Positions 17,520 to 29,131 of a stretch of DNA of 64,000 nt are shown here, one piece after another. The stretch is from Scyliorhinus canicula (lineage: Eukaryota), in assembly GCF_902713615.1 (NCBI RefSeq), contig NC_052172.1, positions 11,698,185-11,762,184 on the forward strand. The letters are read 5' to 3'. Numbering within the stretch: position 1 is the first letter of the stretch; each line of letters begins with the position of its first letter. A program made the position numbers and the translations under genes. The notes beneath the pieces are model-generated. The model saw nothing but the letters and a program-made list of their open reading frames with translations, did not search any database and was not told the DNA's origin.

Positions 17520-18650
17520 ACCATCTTCTCTGTTCTTACAGAAACATCTAAATCCTGGAACCTGCAACAACCATTCCTGTCCCTGCTCTACCCATGTCTC
17601 CGAAATCGCCACAACATCGAGATCCCAGGTACCAACCCATGCTGCAAGCTCACCCACCTTATTCCGGATGCTCCTGGCGTTGAAGTAGACACACTTCAAA
17701 CCAGCATCTTACTTGCCGGTGCCCTCTTTCGAACTTTTAACCCTATCCCGGACCTCACTACTCTCAACATCCTGTACACTGGGACTACAATTTAGGTTCC
17801 CATCCCCCGGCTGAATTAGTTTAAACCCCCCCCGAAGAGCACTAGCAAATCTCCCCCCCAGGATATTGGTACCCCTCTGGTTCAGGTGAAGACCATCCTA
17901 TTTGTAGAGGTCCCACCTACCCCAGAATGAGCCCCAATTATCCAGGAAACCAAAACCCTCCCTCCTGCACCATCCCTGTAGCCACGTGTTCAACTCCTCT
18001 CTCTCCTTATTTCTCACTTCGCTAGCACGTGGCACGGGTAACAACCCAGAGATAACAACTCTGTTTGTTCTAGCTCTCAGCTTCCACCCTAGCTCCCTGA
18101 ATTTCTGTCTCAAATCCCCATCTCTCTTCCTACCTATGTACCTATGTGGACCACGACTTGGGGCTGCTCCCCCTCCCCCTTAAGGATCCCACAAACACGA
18201 TCAGAGACATCACGAACCCTGGCACCTGGGAGGCAACACACCAACCGTGAGTCTCTTTCGTTCCCACAGAACCTCCTGTCTGTTCCTCTAACTATGGAGT
18301 CCCCAATGACAAGTGCTCTGTTCCTCTTCTCCCTTCCCTCCTGAGCAACAGGGACAGACTCTGTGCCAGAGACCTGTGCCCCATTGCTTACCCCTGGTAA
18401 GTCGTCCCCTGCAACAGTATCCAAAACGGTATAGTTGTTATAGAGGGGAACGACCACAGGGGATCCCTGCACTGCCTGCCGGTTCCCTCTCCCTCCCCTG
18501 ACGGTAACCCATCTACCTTATTCTTTTACCTGAGGTGTGACTACCTCCCTATAACTCCTCTCAATAACCCCCTCCGCCTCCCGAATTATCCGAAGTTCAT
18601 CCAGCTCCAGGTCCCTAACGCGGTTCACGAGGAGCTGGAGTTGGGTGCAC
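14851..18650 (-). mobile_element. Young CR1-type LINE, 5'-truncated: ORF1 remnant (SGNH esterase-like) plus ORF2 (APE endonuclease-RT) with frameshifts
   Basis: 725-aa ORF 14931-17108 with NYRPVSLTS, DFSKAFD, GVPQGSVLGP and FADD motifs. EN segments 17086-17699 (YFNARS, GDFN). ORF1 pieces ALVIGDSIVRG / CLPGA. (ATGTTCT)n-type 3' tail. Confidence 0.93.
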
Positions 18651-19297
18651 TGATGGGGACAGTGTAGAGGGAGCTTTACTCTGTATCCAACCCCGTGCTG
18701 TTCCTGTCCTGGAGTGTTTGATGGGGACAGTGTAGAGGGAGCTTTACTCTGTATCTAACCCCGTGCTGTACCTGTCCTGGGAGTGTTTGATGGGGACAAT
18801 GTAGAGGGAGCTTTACTCTGTACCTAACCCCGTGCTGTACCTGTCCTGGGAGTGTTTGATGGGGACAATGTAGAGGGAGCTACACTGTATCTAACCCCCA
18901 GTTGTACCTGTCCCGGGAAAGTGCCATGAAAAGGAACAGCCATTTGTGAGGGTACAGTGGTGCATTGTAAAGAAAGTTTTGAAACCAGACCCCTCACCAT
19001 TCCAATCAAAAGCTAAGTCCAAATCAAACATCAGAATTAGAAAAATATGTTTATCCCGGGGGGCGGATGGTAGCCACAAACAGTCCTGTGCTTAAAGAGT
19101 TAGTTCATTTATTTTCGCTTCCAGCCAGTTTTTGCCGGGAAGGACATTCCACTTGGATTTTCTTTGGCTTGCAAAGGCAATTGGTGAAAAGCTGGGGGCT
19201 CCCTGCTGGGGAGGTGGCCACAGACTGGGAGTTTTAATCCAGACCTGTTCTTCTGGAGCCCCTGTGGGTCGAGAGTAGGCGCTGGGGTTGCAACAAG

Positions 19298-19433
19298 ATG
19301 CAGCTGGAGGTTTCCCTGACCGTCCGGGCCCTCTGCCTGCTTGTTTTCTGCGCCACAGGCGTCCTCTGCACCAGGGGGGAGGAGGTCCATCGACTGGCCC
19401 AAAGGAAGCTGTGCGCAGACGAGGAATGCAGCC
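19298..19433 (+). CDS. MIA: MIA exon 1 (signal peptide, KLCADEECS)
   Basis: ATG at 19298, donor AGC C|gtgagt. Confidence 0.88.
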
Positions 19434-22400
19434 GTGAGTTCAAAGAAAACCTTTAAAAAACAATGCAGCCGAGGAGGGGGACACTGCAGGGGGGTTGGCT
19501 TTAAATAGCACTCGGGGATGTGAGCAGCCTTGTCGACTATATGTCTTGGTTTAACTGTAGAATCTGAAGTGTTGCTTTCAAGTATTTGTCCTGTTCCTTG
19601 GAGAAAATTATTATTAAATCTGCCACCACCACTTTTAGGCGCTGCTTTCCAGGTTGTCAGACTTGTCAGGTTTTAACTCTCCTTATAACGTTTTACAGCA
19701 GAAAATGAGGCCCTTCGACCCATCGATTCCATGCTGGCCGTCAAGCACCTATATTTTTTTATAAATTTAGAGTACCCAATTCATTTTTTCCGATTAAGGG
19801 GCAATTTAGCGTGGCCAATCTACCCACCCTGCACATCTTTGGGTTGTGGGGGCGAAACCCACACAGACACGGGGAGAATGTGCAAACTCCACACGGACAG
19901 TGACCTAGAGCCGGGATCGAACCTGGGACATCGGCGCCGTGAGGCAGCAGTGCTAACCACTGCGCCGCCCTTCAAGCACCTATTCTCACCCCATTTTCCA
20001 GCACTTGGTCCGTGGCCTTGTCTGCTGTGGAATTTCAGAATGTTCATCTAAATGTTTCTTAAATGTCGTGAGGGCTCCCATCTCTACCACCCTTTCAGGC
20101 AGCGAGTACCAGATTCCCACCACCTTCTGGGTTAAAAGGTTTTTCCTCGAATCCCCTCATAATCTCCTGCTCCTTACCTTACTTAAATCTACGTCCCCTG
20201 GGGATCCAATGGCGATCGAACCTACCTATCCACCCTATGTACGAGCGTTATAATTTTGTACACATCGCCTTCTCTTTTTTTTAATATAAATTTAGAGGAC
20301 ACAATGATTTTTTTCCAATTAAGGGGCAATTTAGCGTGGCCAATCCACCTAACCTGCACATATTTGGGTTAGAATTTTACAGTGCAGAAGGAGGCCATTC
20401 AGCCCATCAAGTCTGCACCGGCCCTTGGAAAGAGCACCCGACCAAAGCCCATACTGCCACCCTATCCTCACACCACCACTCTATCCCCTTAACCCCACCT
20501 AACTTTTTTTGGACACGAAGGGCAATTTAGCACGGCCATTCCACCTAACCTGCACATCTTTGGACTGTGGGAGGAAATCGGAGCACCCGGACGAAACCCA
20601 CGCGCACACGGGGAGGATGTGCAGACTCCGCGCAGACAGTGACCCAAGCCGGGAATCGAACCTGGGACCCTGGAGCTGTGGAGCAACTGTGCTAACCACT
20701 GTGCTAACGTGCTGCACGGCTGCGGGGGTGAAACCCACGCAGGCACGGGAGACTGTGCAAACTCCACACGGACAGTGTCCCGGGGCTAGGATCGGACCCG
20801 GGTCCTCAGCTCCGTAGGCAGCAGTGCTGACCACTGCGCCACCGTGCCGCCCCCTTCTCAACCTTGCCCCTCGCCTGAGGTGTGGTGTCCCTCAGGTTAA
20901 ATCACCACCAGTCAGCTCTACCCCCTCAAAGGGGAAACAAGCCTAGCGCCTGGGACGAGGGTGACTTTACTGTACAATCAGATGCTTCCTGTGGTGTGGT
21001 GACCAGAACTACACACAGTGCTCTAACTGTTACCTAACAGGCGTTTTATACAGTCCTCCCACCTGTATTTGTTTCTCTTAGCGGCGTCCTCTATTTTACC
21101 AACCCCTCCACCAATGGAGACAGATTTCTCCTTATTTAGAATAAATAAAACCCTTTGCAAATGTGATGATTATTGGACCTTGTTGGGGAGTTTTATTTTC
21201 CCTGGGATGTTCCTGTCGGGGCTGGTTTAGCTCAGTGGGCTAGACAGCTAGTTTGTGATGCAGAACAAGGCCAGCAGCCCGGGTTCAATTCCCGTACCAG
21301 CTGACCCGAACAGGCGCCGGAATGTTGCGGCTAGGGGCTTTTCACAGTAACTTCATACTTGTGACAATAAAAGGTTATTATAATTAGGGAGTGAGGCAGC
21401 CTTTGCTCAGGGGATTTGCTGGGTATGCCAGTCCATCACCGTCTCTGTTTAATGTGTGAGCCTAGACGGGGAATGTCGGCAGGCTTATACTCTTGTTAAA
21501 GATATTTCACAACCAAGACACATCCTATCCCAATCCTGGAATTTGGATAGGGATCAAGCGCAGGCATGTTGTCTGACTTCATTCCCCCCACCAAAGTATT
21601 GACCAATAATGCCTGGGTTATACTGAACACCGTTCAGAACTAAAGGTGCCTACTCTAGACACTGCACGCTGTGATAAAACACTGTTTTCCATTTAGATCC
21701 AATTTCTATGGCTCGGGCTCTGGCAGATTACACGGCTCCTGACTGCAGGTTCATCAACATCCGCCAAGGACAGATCGTTTATATTTACGGAAAACTCAAA
21801 GGAAAGGGACGCGACTACTGGCAAGGGACCGTGAGTCTGAGGCACCGAGCTCTCTCTCCACAATGTTTGCTTTAGGTGTTCTGTGCTGATATTGATTGCT
21901 GCTCCCTCACTAACGTTTGGCTCTGGGGTTGAGCACCACACCTTGGATGGCAATCTTCAGTGTTTGGACTGTTCGTCTGTCTGGTTTTAGTGCCAGACTG
22001 ACCAGTGCCTGTGCCAGACCTGACCAGTGTCTGCGTCACACTGAACAGCATATGTGTCAGACTGACCAGTGTGTGTCAGACTGACCAGTGTGTGTCCGAC
22101 TGACCAGTGTGTGTGTCAGACTGACCAGTGGGTGTGTCAGACTGACCAGTGTGTGTCAGACTGACCAGTGTCTGTGTGACTGACCAGTGTGTGTGTGTCA
22201 GACTGACCAGTGTGTGTGACTGACCAGTGTGTGTGTGTCAGACTGACCAGTGTGTGTGACTGACCAGTGTGTGTGTGTCAGACTGACCAGTGTGTGTGTG
22301 TCAGACTGACCAGTCTGTGTCAGACTGACCAGTGTGTGTGTATCAGACTGACCAGTGTGTGTGACTGACCAGTGTGTGTGTGTCAGACTGACCAGTGTGT

Positions 22401-25400
22401 GTGTCAGACTGACCAGTGTGTGTGTGTCAGACTGACCAGTGTGTGTGTATCAGACTGACCAGTGTGTGTGACTGACCAGTGTGTGTGTCAGACTGACCAG
22501 TGTGTGTCAGACTGACCAGTGTGTGTGTGTGTCAGACTGACCAGTGTGTGTGTATCAGACTGACCAGTGTGTGTGACTGACCAGTGTGTGTGTGTCAGAC
22601 TGACCAGTGTGTGGCAGACTGACCAGTGTGTGTGTCAGACTGACCAGTGTCTGTGTCAGACTGACCAGTGTGTGTGTGTCAGACTGACCAGTGTGTGTGT
22701 GTCAGACTGACCAGTGTCTGTGTCAGACTGACCAGTGTGTGTCAGACTGACCAGTGTGTGTGTGACTGACCAGTGTGTGTGTGTCAGACTGACCAGTGTG
22801 TGTCAGACTGACCAGTGTGTGTGTGTCAGACTGACCAGTGTGTGTGTCAGACTGACCAGTGTGTGTGTGTCAGACTGACCAGTGTGTGTGTGTCAGACTG
22901 ACCAGTGTGTGTCAGACTGACCAGTGTGTGTGCGTCACACTGACCAGTGTGTGTCAGACTGACCAGTGTGTGTCAGACTGACCAGTGTGTGTCAGACTGA
23001 CCAGTGTGTGTCAGACTGACCAGTGTGTGTGTCAGACTGACCAGTGTGTGTCAGACTGACCAGTGTGTGTCAGACTGACCAGTGTGTGTGTCAGACTGAC
23101 CAGTGTCTGTGTCAGACTGACCAGTGTGTGTGTCAGACTGACCAGTGTGTGTGTGTCAGACTGACCAGTGTGTGTCAGACTGACCAGTGTGTGTGTCAGA
23201 CTGACCAGTGTCTGTGTCAGACTGACCAGTGTGTGTGTGTCAGACTGACCAGTGTGTGTGTGTCAGACTGACCAGTGTGTGTGTGTCAGACTGACCAGTG
23301 TGTGTCAGACTGACCAGTGTGTGTCAGACTGACCAGTGTGTGTGTGTCAGACTGACCAGTGTGTGTCAGACTGACCAGTGTGTGTGTGTCAGACTGACCA
23401 GTGTGTGTCAGACTGACCAGTGTGTGTGTCAGACTGACCAGTGTGTGTGTGTCAGACTGACCAGTGTGTGTCAGACTGACCAGTGTGTGTGTGTCAGACT
23501 GACCAGTGTGTGTGTGTCAGACTGACCAGTGTGTGTCAGACTGACCAGCGTGTGTCAGACTGACCAGTGTGTGTGTGTCAGACTGACCAGTGTGTCAGAC
23601 TGACCAGTGTGTGTGTCAGACTGACCAGTGTGTGTGTCAGACTGACCAGTGTGTGTCAGACTGACCAGTGTGTGTCAGACTGACCAGTGTGTGTGTCAGA
23701 CTGACCAGTGTGTGTGTGTCAGACTGACCAGTGTGTGTCAGACTGACCAGTGTGTCTGTGTCAGACTGACCAGTGTGTCTGTGTCAGACTGACCAGTGTC
23801 TGTGTCAGACTGACCAGTGTGTGTGTCAGACTGACCAGTGTGCGTGTCAGACTGACCAGTGTCTGTGTCAGACTGACCAGTGTGTGTGTGTCAGACTGAC
23901 CAGTGTGTGTGTGTCAGACTGACCAGTGTGTGTGTCAGACTGACCAGTGTGTGTGTCAGACTGACCAGTGTCTGTGTGTCAGACTGACCAGTGTGTGTGT
24001 GTCAGACTGACCAGTGTCTGTGTGTCAGACTGACCAGTGTGTGTCAGACTGACCAGTGTGTGTCAGACTGACCAGTGTGTGTCAGACTGACCAGTGTGTG
24101 TGTCAGACTGACCAGTGTGTGTGTGTCAGACTGACCAGTGTGTGTGTCAGACTGACCAGTGTGTGTGTCAGACTGACCAGTGTCTGTGTGTCAGACTGAC
24201 CAGTGTGTGTGTGTCAGACTGACCAGTGTCTGTGTGTCAGACTGACCAGTGTGTGTGTGTCAGACTGACCAGTGTGTGTCAGACTGACCAGTGTGTGTCA
24301 GACTGACCAGTGTGTGTGTCAGACTGACCAGTGTGTGTATGTCAGACTGACCAGTGTGTGTGTCAGACTGACCAGTGTGTGTCAGACTGACCAGTATGTG
24401 TCAGACTGACCAGTGTGTGTGTGTCAGACTGACCAGTGTGTGTCAGACTGACCAGTGTGTGTGTGTCAGACTGACCAGTGTGTGTCAGACTGACCAGTGT
24501 GTGTCAGACTGACCAGTGTCTGTGTCAGACTGACCAGTGTGTGTGTCAGACTGACCAGTGTGTGTCAGACTGACCAGTGTCTGTGTCAGACTGACCAGTG
24601 TGTGTGTGTCAGACTGACCAGTGTGTGTGTGTCAGACTGACCAGTGTGTGTGTGTCAGACTGACCAGTGTGTGTGTGTCAGACTGACCAGTGTCTGTGTC
24701 AGACTGACCAGTGTGTGTGTCAGACTGACCAGTGTCTGTGCCAGACTGACCAGTGTGTGTCAGACTGACCAGTGTGTGTGTCAGACTGACCAGTGTGTGT
24801 CAGACTGACCAGTGTCTGTGTCAGACTGACCAGTGTGTGCCAGACTGACCAGTGTGTGTGTCAGACTGACCAGTGTGTGCCAGACTGACCAGTGTGTGTC
24901 AGACTGACCAGTGTGTGTGTCAGACTGACCAGTGTGTGTGTGTCAGACTGACCAGTGTCTGTGTCAGACTGACCAGTGTGTGTGTCAGACTGACCAGTGT
25001 CTGTGTCAGACTGACCAGTGTGTGCCAGACTGACCAGTGTCTGTGTCAGACTGACCAGTGTGTGCCAGACTGACCAGTGTGTGCCAGACTGACCAGTGTG
25101 TCAGACTGACCAGTGTCTGTGTGAGACTGACCGGTGTGTGCCAGACTGACCAGTGTGTGCCAGACTGACCAGTGTGTGTGTTAGACTGACCAGTGTGTTA
25201 GACTGACCAGTGTGTGTGTGTCAGACTGACCAGTGTGGGTCAGACTGACCAGTGTGTGTCAGACTGACCAGTGTCTGTGTCAGACTGACCAGTGTGTGTG
25301 TCAGACTGACCAGTGTGTGTCAGACTGACCAGTGCGTCTCAGACTGACCAGTGTGTCTCAGACTGACCAGTGTCTGTGTCAGACTGACCAGTGTGTGTGT

Positions 25401-28400
25401 GTCAGACTGACCAGTGTGTGTGTGTCAGACTGACCAGTGTGTGTGTGTCAGACTGACCAGTGTCTGTGTCAGACTGACCAGTGTGTGTGTCAGACTGACC
25501 AGTGTCTGTGCCAGACTGACCAGTGTGTGTCAGACTGACCAGTGTGTGTGTCAGACTGACCAGTGTGTGTGTCAGACTGACCAGTGTCTGTGTCAGACTG
25601 ACCAGTGTGTGCCAGACTGACCAGTGTGTGTGTCAGACTGACCAGTGTGTGCCAGACTGACCAGTGTGTGTCAGACTGACCAGTGTGTGTGTCAGACTGA
25701 CCAGTGTGTGTGTGTCAGACTGACCAGTGTCTGTGTCAGACTGACCAGTGTCTGTGTCAGACTGACCAGTGTGTGCCAGACTGACCAGTGTGTGCCAGAC
25801 TGACCAGTGTGTCAGACTGACCAGTGTCTGTGTGAGACTGACCGGTGTGTGCCAGACTGACCAGTGTGTGCCAGACTGACCAGTGTGTGTGTTAGACTGA
25901 CCAGTGTGTTAGACTGACCAGTGTGTGTGTGTCAGACTGACCAGTGTGGGTCAGACTGACCAGTGTGTGTCAGACTGACCAGTGTCTGTGTCAGACTGAC
26001 CAGTGTGTGTGTCAGACTGACCAGTGTGTGTCAGACTGACCAGTGCGTCTCAGACTGACCAGTGTGTCTCAGACTGACCAGTGTCTGTGTCAGACTGACC
26101 AGTGTGTGTGTGAGCGACTGACCAGTGTCTGTGTCAGACTGACCAGTGTGTGTCAGACTGACCAGTGTGTGTCAGACTGACCAGTGACTGTGTCAGACTG
26201 ACCAGTGACTGTGTCAGACTGACCAGTGTGTGTGTCAGACTGACCAGTGTGTGTCAGACTGACCAGTGTGTGTGTCAGACTGACCAGTGTGTGTGTGTCA
26301 GACTGACCAGTGTGTGTCAGACTGACCAGTGTGTGTCAGACTGACCAGTGTGTGTCAGACTGACCAGTCTGTGTCAGACTGACCAGTGTGTGTGTCAGAC
26401 TGACCAGTGTGTGTGTGTCAGACTGACCAGTGTGTGTCAGACTGACCAGTGTGTGTGTGTCAGACTGACCAGTGTGTGTGTCAGACTGACCAGTGTGTGT
26501 GTGTCAGACTGACCAGTGTGTGTGTCAGACTGACCAGTGTGTGTCAGACTGACCAGTGTGTGTGTGTCAGACTGACCAGTGTGTGTGTGTCAGACTGACC
26601 AGTGTGTGTGTCAGACTGACCAGTGTGTGTCAGACTGACCAGTGTGTGTCAGACTGACCAGTGTGTGTCAGACTGACCAGTGTGTGCCAGACTGACCAGT
26701 GTGTGTCAGACTAACCAGTGTGTGTGTGTCAGACTGACCAGTGTCTGTGTCAGACTGACCAGTGTGTGTCAGACTGACCAGTGTCTGTGTCAGACTGACC
26801 AGTGTGTGTGTCAGACTGACCAGTGTGTGTGTGTCAGACTGACCAGCGTGAGTGTGTCAGACTGACCAGTGTGTGTCAGACTGACCAGTGTGTGTGTGTC
26901 AGACTGACCAGTGTGTGTGTGTCAGACTGACCAGTGTGTGTCAGACTGACCAGTGTGTGTGTGTCAGACTGACCAGTGTGTGTGTGTCAGACTGACCAGT
27001 GTGTGTGTCAGACTGACCAGTGTGTGTCAGACTGACCAGTGTGTGTCAGACTGACCAGTGTGTGCCAGACTGACCAGTGTGTGTCAGACTGACCAGTGTG
27101 TGTGTGTCAGACTGACCAGTGTGTGTCAGACTGACCAGTGTGTGTCAGACTGACCAGTGTGTGTCAGACTGACCAGTGTCTGTGTCAGACTGACCAGTGT
27201 GTGTGTGTCAGACTGACCAGTGTGTGTGTCAGACTGACCAGTGTGTGTGTCAGACTGACCAGTGTGTGTCAGACTGACCAGTGTGTGTGTCAGACTGACC
27301 AGTGTGTGTCAGACTGACCAGTGTCTGTGTCAGACTGACCAGTGTGTGTCAGACTGACCAGTGTCTGTGTCAGACTGACCAGTGTGTGTGTGTCAGACTG
27401 ACCAGTGTGTGTGTCAGACTGACCAGTGTGTGTGTCAGACTGACCAGTGTGTGTGTCAGACTGACCAGTGTGTGTGTCAGACTGACCAGTGTGTGTGACT
27501 GACCAGTGTGTGTGTGTCAGACTGACCAGTGTGTGTGTCAGACTGACCAGTGTGTGTGACTGACCAGTGTGTGTGTGTCAGACTGACCAGTGTGTGTGTG
27601 TCAGACTGACCAGTGTGTGTGTGTCAGACTGACCAGTGTCTGTGTCAGACTGACCAGTGTGTGTGTGACTGACCAGTGTGTGTGTGACTGACCAGTGTGT
27701 GTGTGTCAGACTGACCAGTGTGTGTGTGTCAGACTGACCAGTGTCTGTGTCAGACTGACCAGTGTGTGTCAGACTGACCAGTGTGTGTGTGACTGACCAG
27801 TGTGTGTGTGTCAGACTGACCAGTGTCTGTGTCAGACTGACCAGTGTGTGTCAGACTGACCAGTGTGCGTGTGTCAGACTGACCGGTGTGTGAGACTGAC
27901 CAGTGTGTGTGTCAGACTGACCAGTGTGTATCAGACTGACCGTTGCTTCTCTGAGACTGACCAGTGTATGTGTGTTTAGGTCCAAGGTGATTATTTCGGG
28001 GAGCAGTCAACATCTCTTGGATTTTTCCCAAAGTCGATTGTGAGAGAGATCCAACATCTGGGGACTGAGCTCGTGGAGATGCCAACAGTCGTAAGAGCAT
28101 TTGACTTTATTGCACTTATTTATTTTATCGTCATAGCCTATCCATGTGTCCCGGCAGAGAGGAGGGAACTAGATGGCATCTCAGGGAATCAGCGCTCACT
28201 GCAGAGCACACTCAAAAGCCTCGTACAATGCACTTTACTCAGCAGTAAACTGCTTCGTCTCTGGGCTCTCCCTCCTGCCTCGAGGAAGCTGATGTTGGGA
28301 AACCTGAAACAGGAACAGAAAATGCTGGAAACACCCAGCAAGTCATTCAGAGCCAGAAACTGGATCCTGTCCTTAAGGGCCCTGCTCCTGCTGTGTGCTT

Positions 28401-28993
28401 ACAGCACGTTCTGTTTGTGCTTCACAAATGCCACACTGATTGTGGGACCGGGCTGCAGGAACGAGGTGGGATCAGTAGGAATGGCCGGGGGGGACAGCAG
28501 TAAGTGGCAAAACAACCAGGCCTCGCACCTTTAGACGGGCAGAAAGCGAATGCTGGAGGGATGATGCGACTAATACAATACATAATACAATACAATATGA
28601 TGTAATACAGTGGTGAATGGTAGCAGCAATACATTCACCACAAGGAAATCAGCCAGGGTTCCTGCTCCACTGTCCAGCGAGGACCCAGCGGTTAGGTATA
28701 CGTGCGTTGGCTTTGACTGAGATGGTGCATTTCAATAGACTGATGCCACACCAGGTCCGGGACCGCACATGCAGGACGATCTCTTGGGTGAGGGAGCAGT
28801 GGGTGACGCGTGACCTTGTGGGGAGCCTCTGTCTTCAGTGTGGGATTTGGGGAGTGGTGGGGGGGGGCGGGGGGGAAGGGGGTTGACAGGGGGAGGGGGG
28901 CTAGTATGGGAAATTTAGTGGTCAAAACGAGTGTATTACAGAGTGTTTGACAATGAACGTCTGTGTTTGTAGGACTGGGATTTCTACTGTTAG
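19298..28993 (+). CDS. MIA: Melanoma inhibitory activity / CD-RAP (secreted SH3-like protein), join(19298..19433,21697..21830,27980..28090,28973..28993), 133 aa
   Basis: MQLEVSLTVRALCLLVFCATGVLCTRGEEVHRLAQRKLCADEECSHPISMARALADYTAPDCRFINIRQGQIVYIYGKLKGKGRDYWQGTVQGDYFGEQSTSLGFFPKSIVREIQHLGTELVEMPTVDWDFYC. Signal peptide, four conserved Cys, MIA-type SHPISMA/VQGDY/WDFYC motifs. Adjacent to SNRPA as in mammals. Confidence 0.92.
21697..21830 (+). CDS. MIA: MIA exon 2
   Basis: atttag|AT CCA ATT TCT ATG ... GGG ACC|gtgagt; PISMARALADYTAPDCRF. Confidence 0.93.
21990..27977 (+). repeat. ~6-kb satellite of CAGACTGACCAG plus a variable (TG)n tract (mostly ~17-23 bp units, roughly 300 copies) filling MIA intron 2
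   Basis: Directly visible. Variable TG length, and higher-order duplication with period 711 around 25.1-26.1 kb. Confidence 0.97.
27980..28090 (+). CDS. MIA: MIA exon 3
   Basis: gtttag|GTC CAA GGT GAT TAT ... ACA GTC|gtaaga. Confidence 0.92.
28973..28993 (+). CDS. MIA: MIA exon 4 (DWDFYC*)
   Basis: ttgtag|GAC TGG GAT TTC TAC TGT TAG; AATAAA at 29126-29131. Confidence 0.88.
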   Translation, partial: DWDFYC

Positions 28994-29125
28994 TAAAAGA
29001 AGAGGACGAGAGAGGAACCATTCTCCCAACAACAGAAAAGCAGCTGGTGCCATGGAGTCACTGTCCTGAGTTATGACTAGAATCCGCTGTAAACTGCATT
29101 GCCAGTGACTGGTGACAACTGTTGA

Positions 29126-29131
29126 AATAAA
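29126..29131 (+). terminator. MIA poly(A) signal
   Basis: AATAAA ~130 nt after the stop codon. Confidence 0.6.

Larger units (their letters stand above)
12245..18918 (+). repeat. 69-bp tandem satellite (CTAACCCCGTGCTGTACCTGTCCTGGGAGTGTTTGATGGGGACAGTGTAGAGGGAGCTTTACTCTGTAT)n, interrupted by four insertions
   Basis: Period 69 (12301 to 12370; 23-aa ORF repeats). Blocks at 12245-12813, 13211-13269, 13790-14226, 14629-14850, 18651-18918. Confidence 0.93.

Noticed and set aside
21990-27977. CRISPR-like array, Cys-rich (metallothionein/keratin-like) ORFs, or recursive splice sites
   Set aside because: Spacers are only (TG)n, there are no cas genes and the context is eukaryotic. The ORFs are repeat translations. 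Units read CAG|TG, not the AG|GT needed for recursive splicing.
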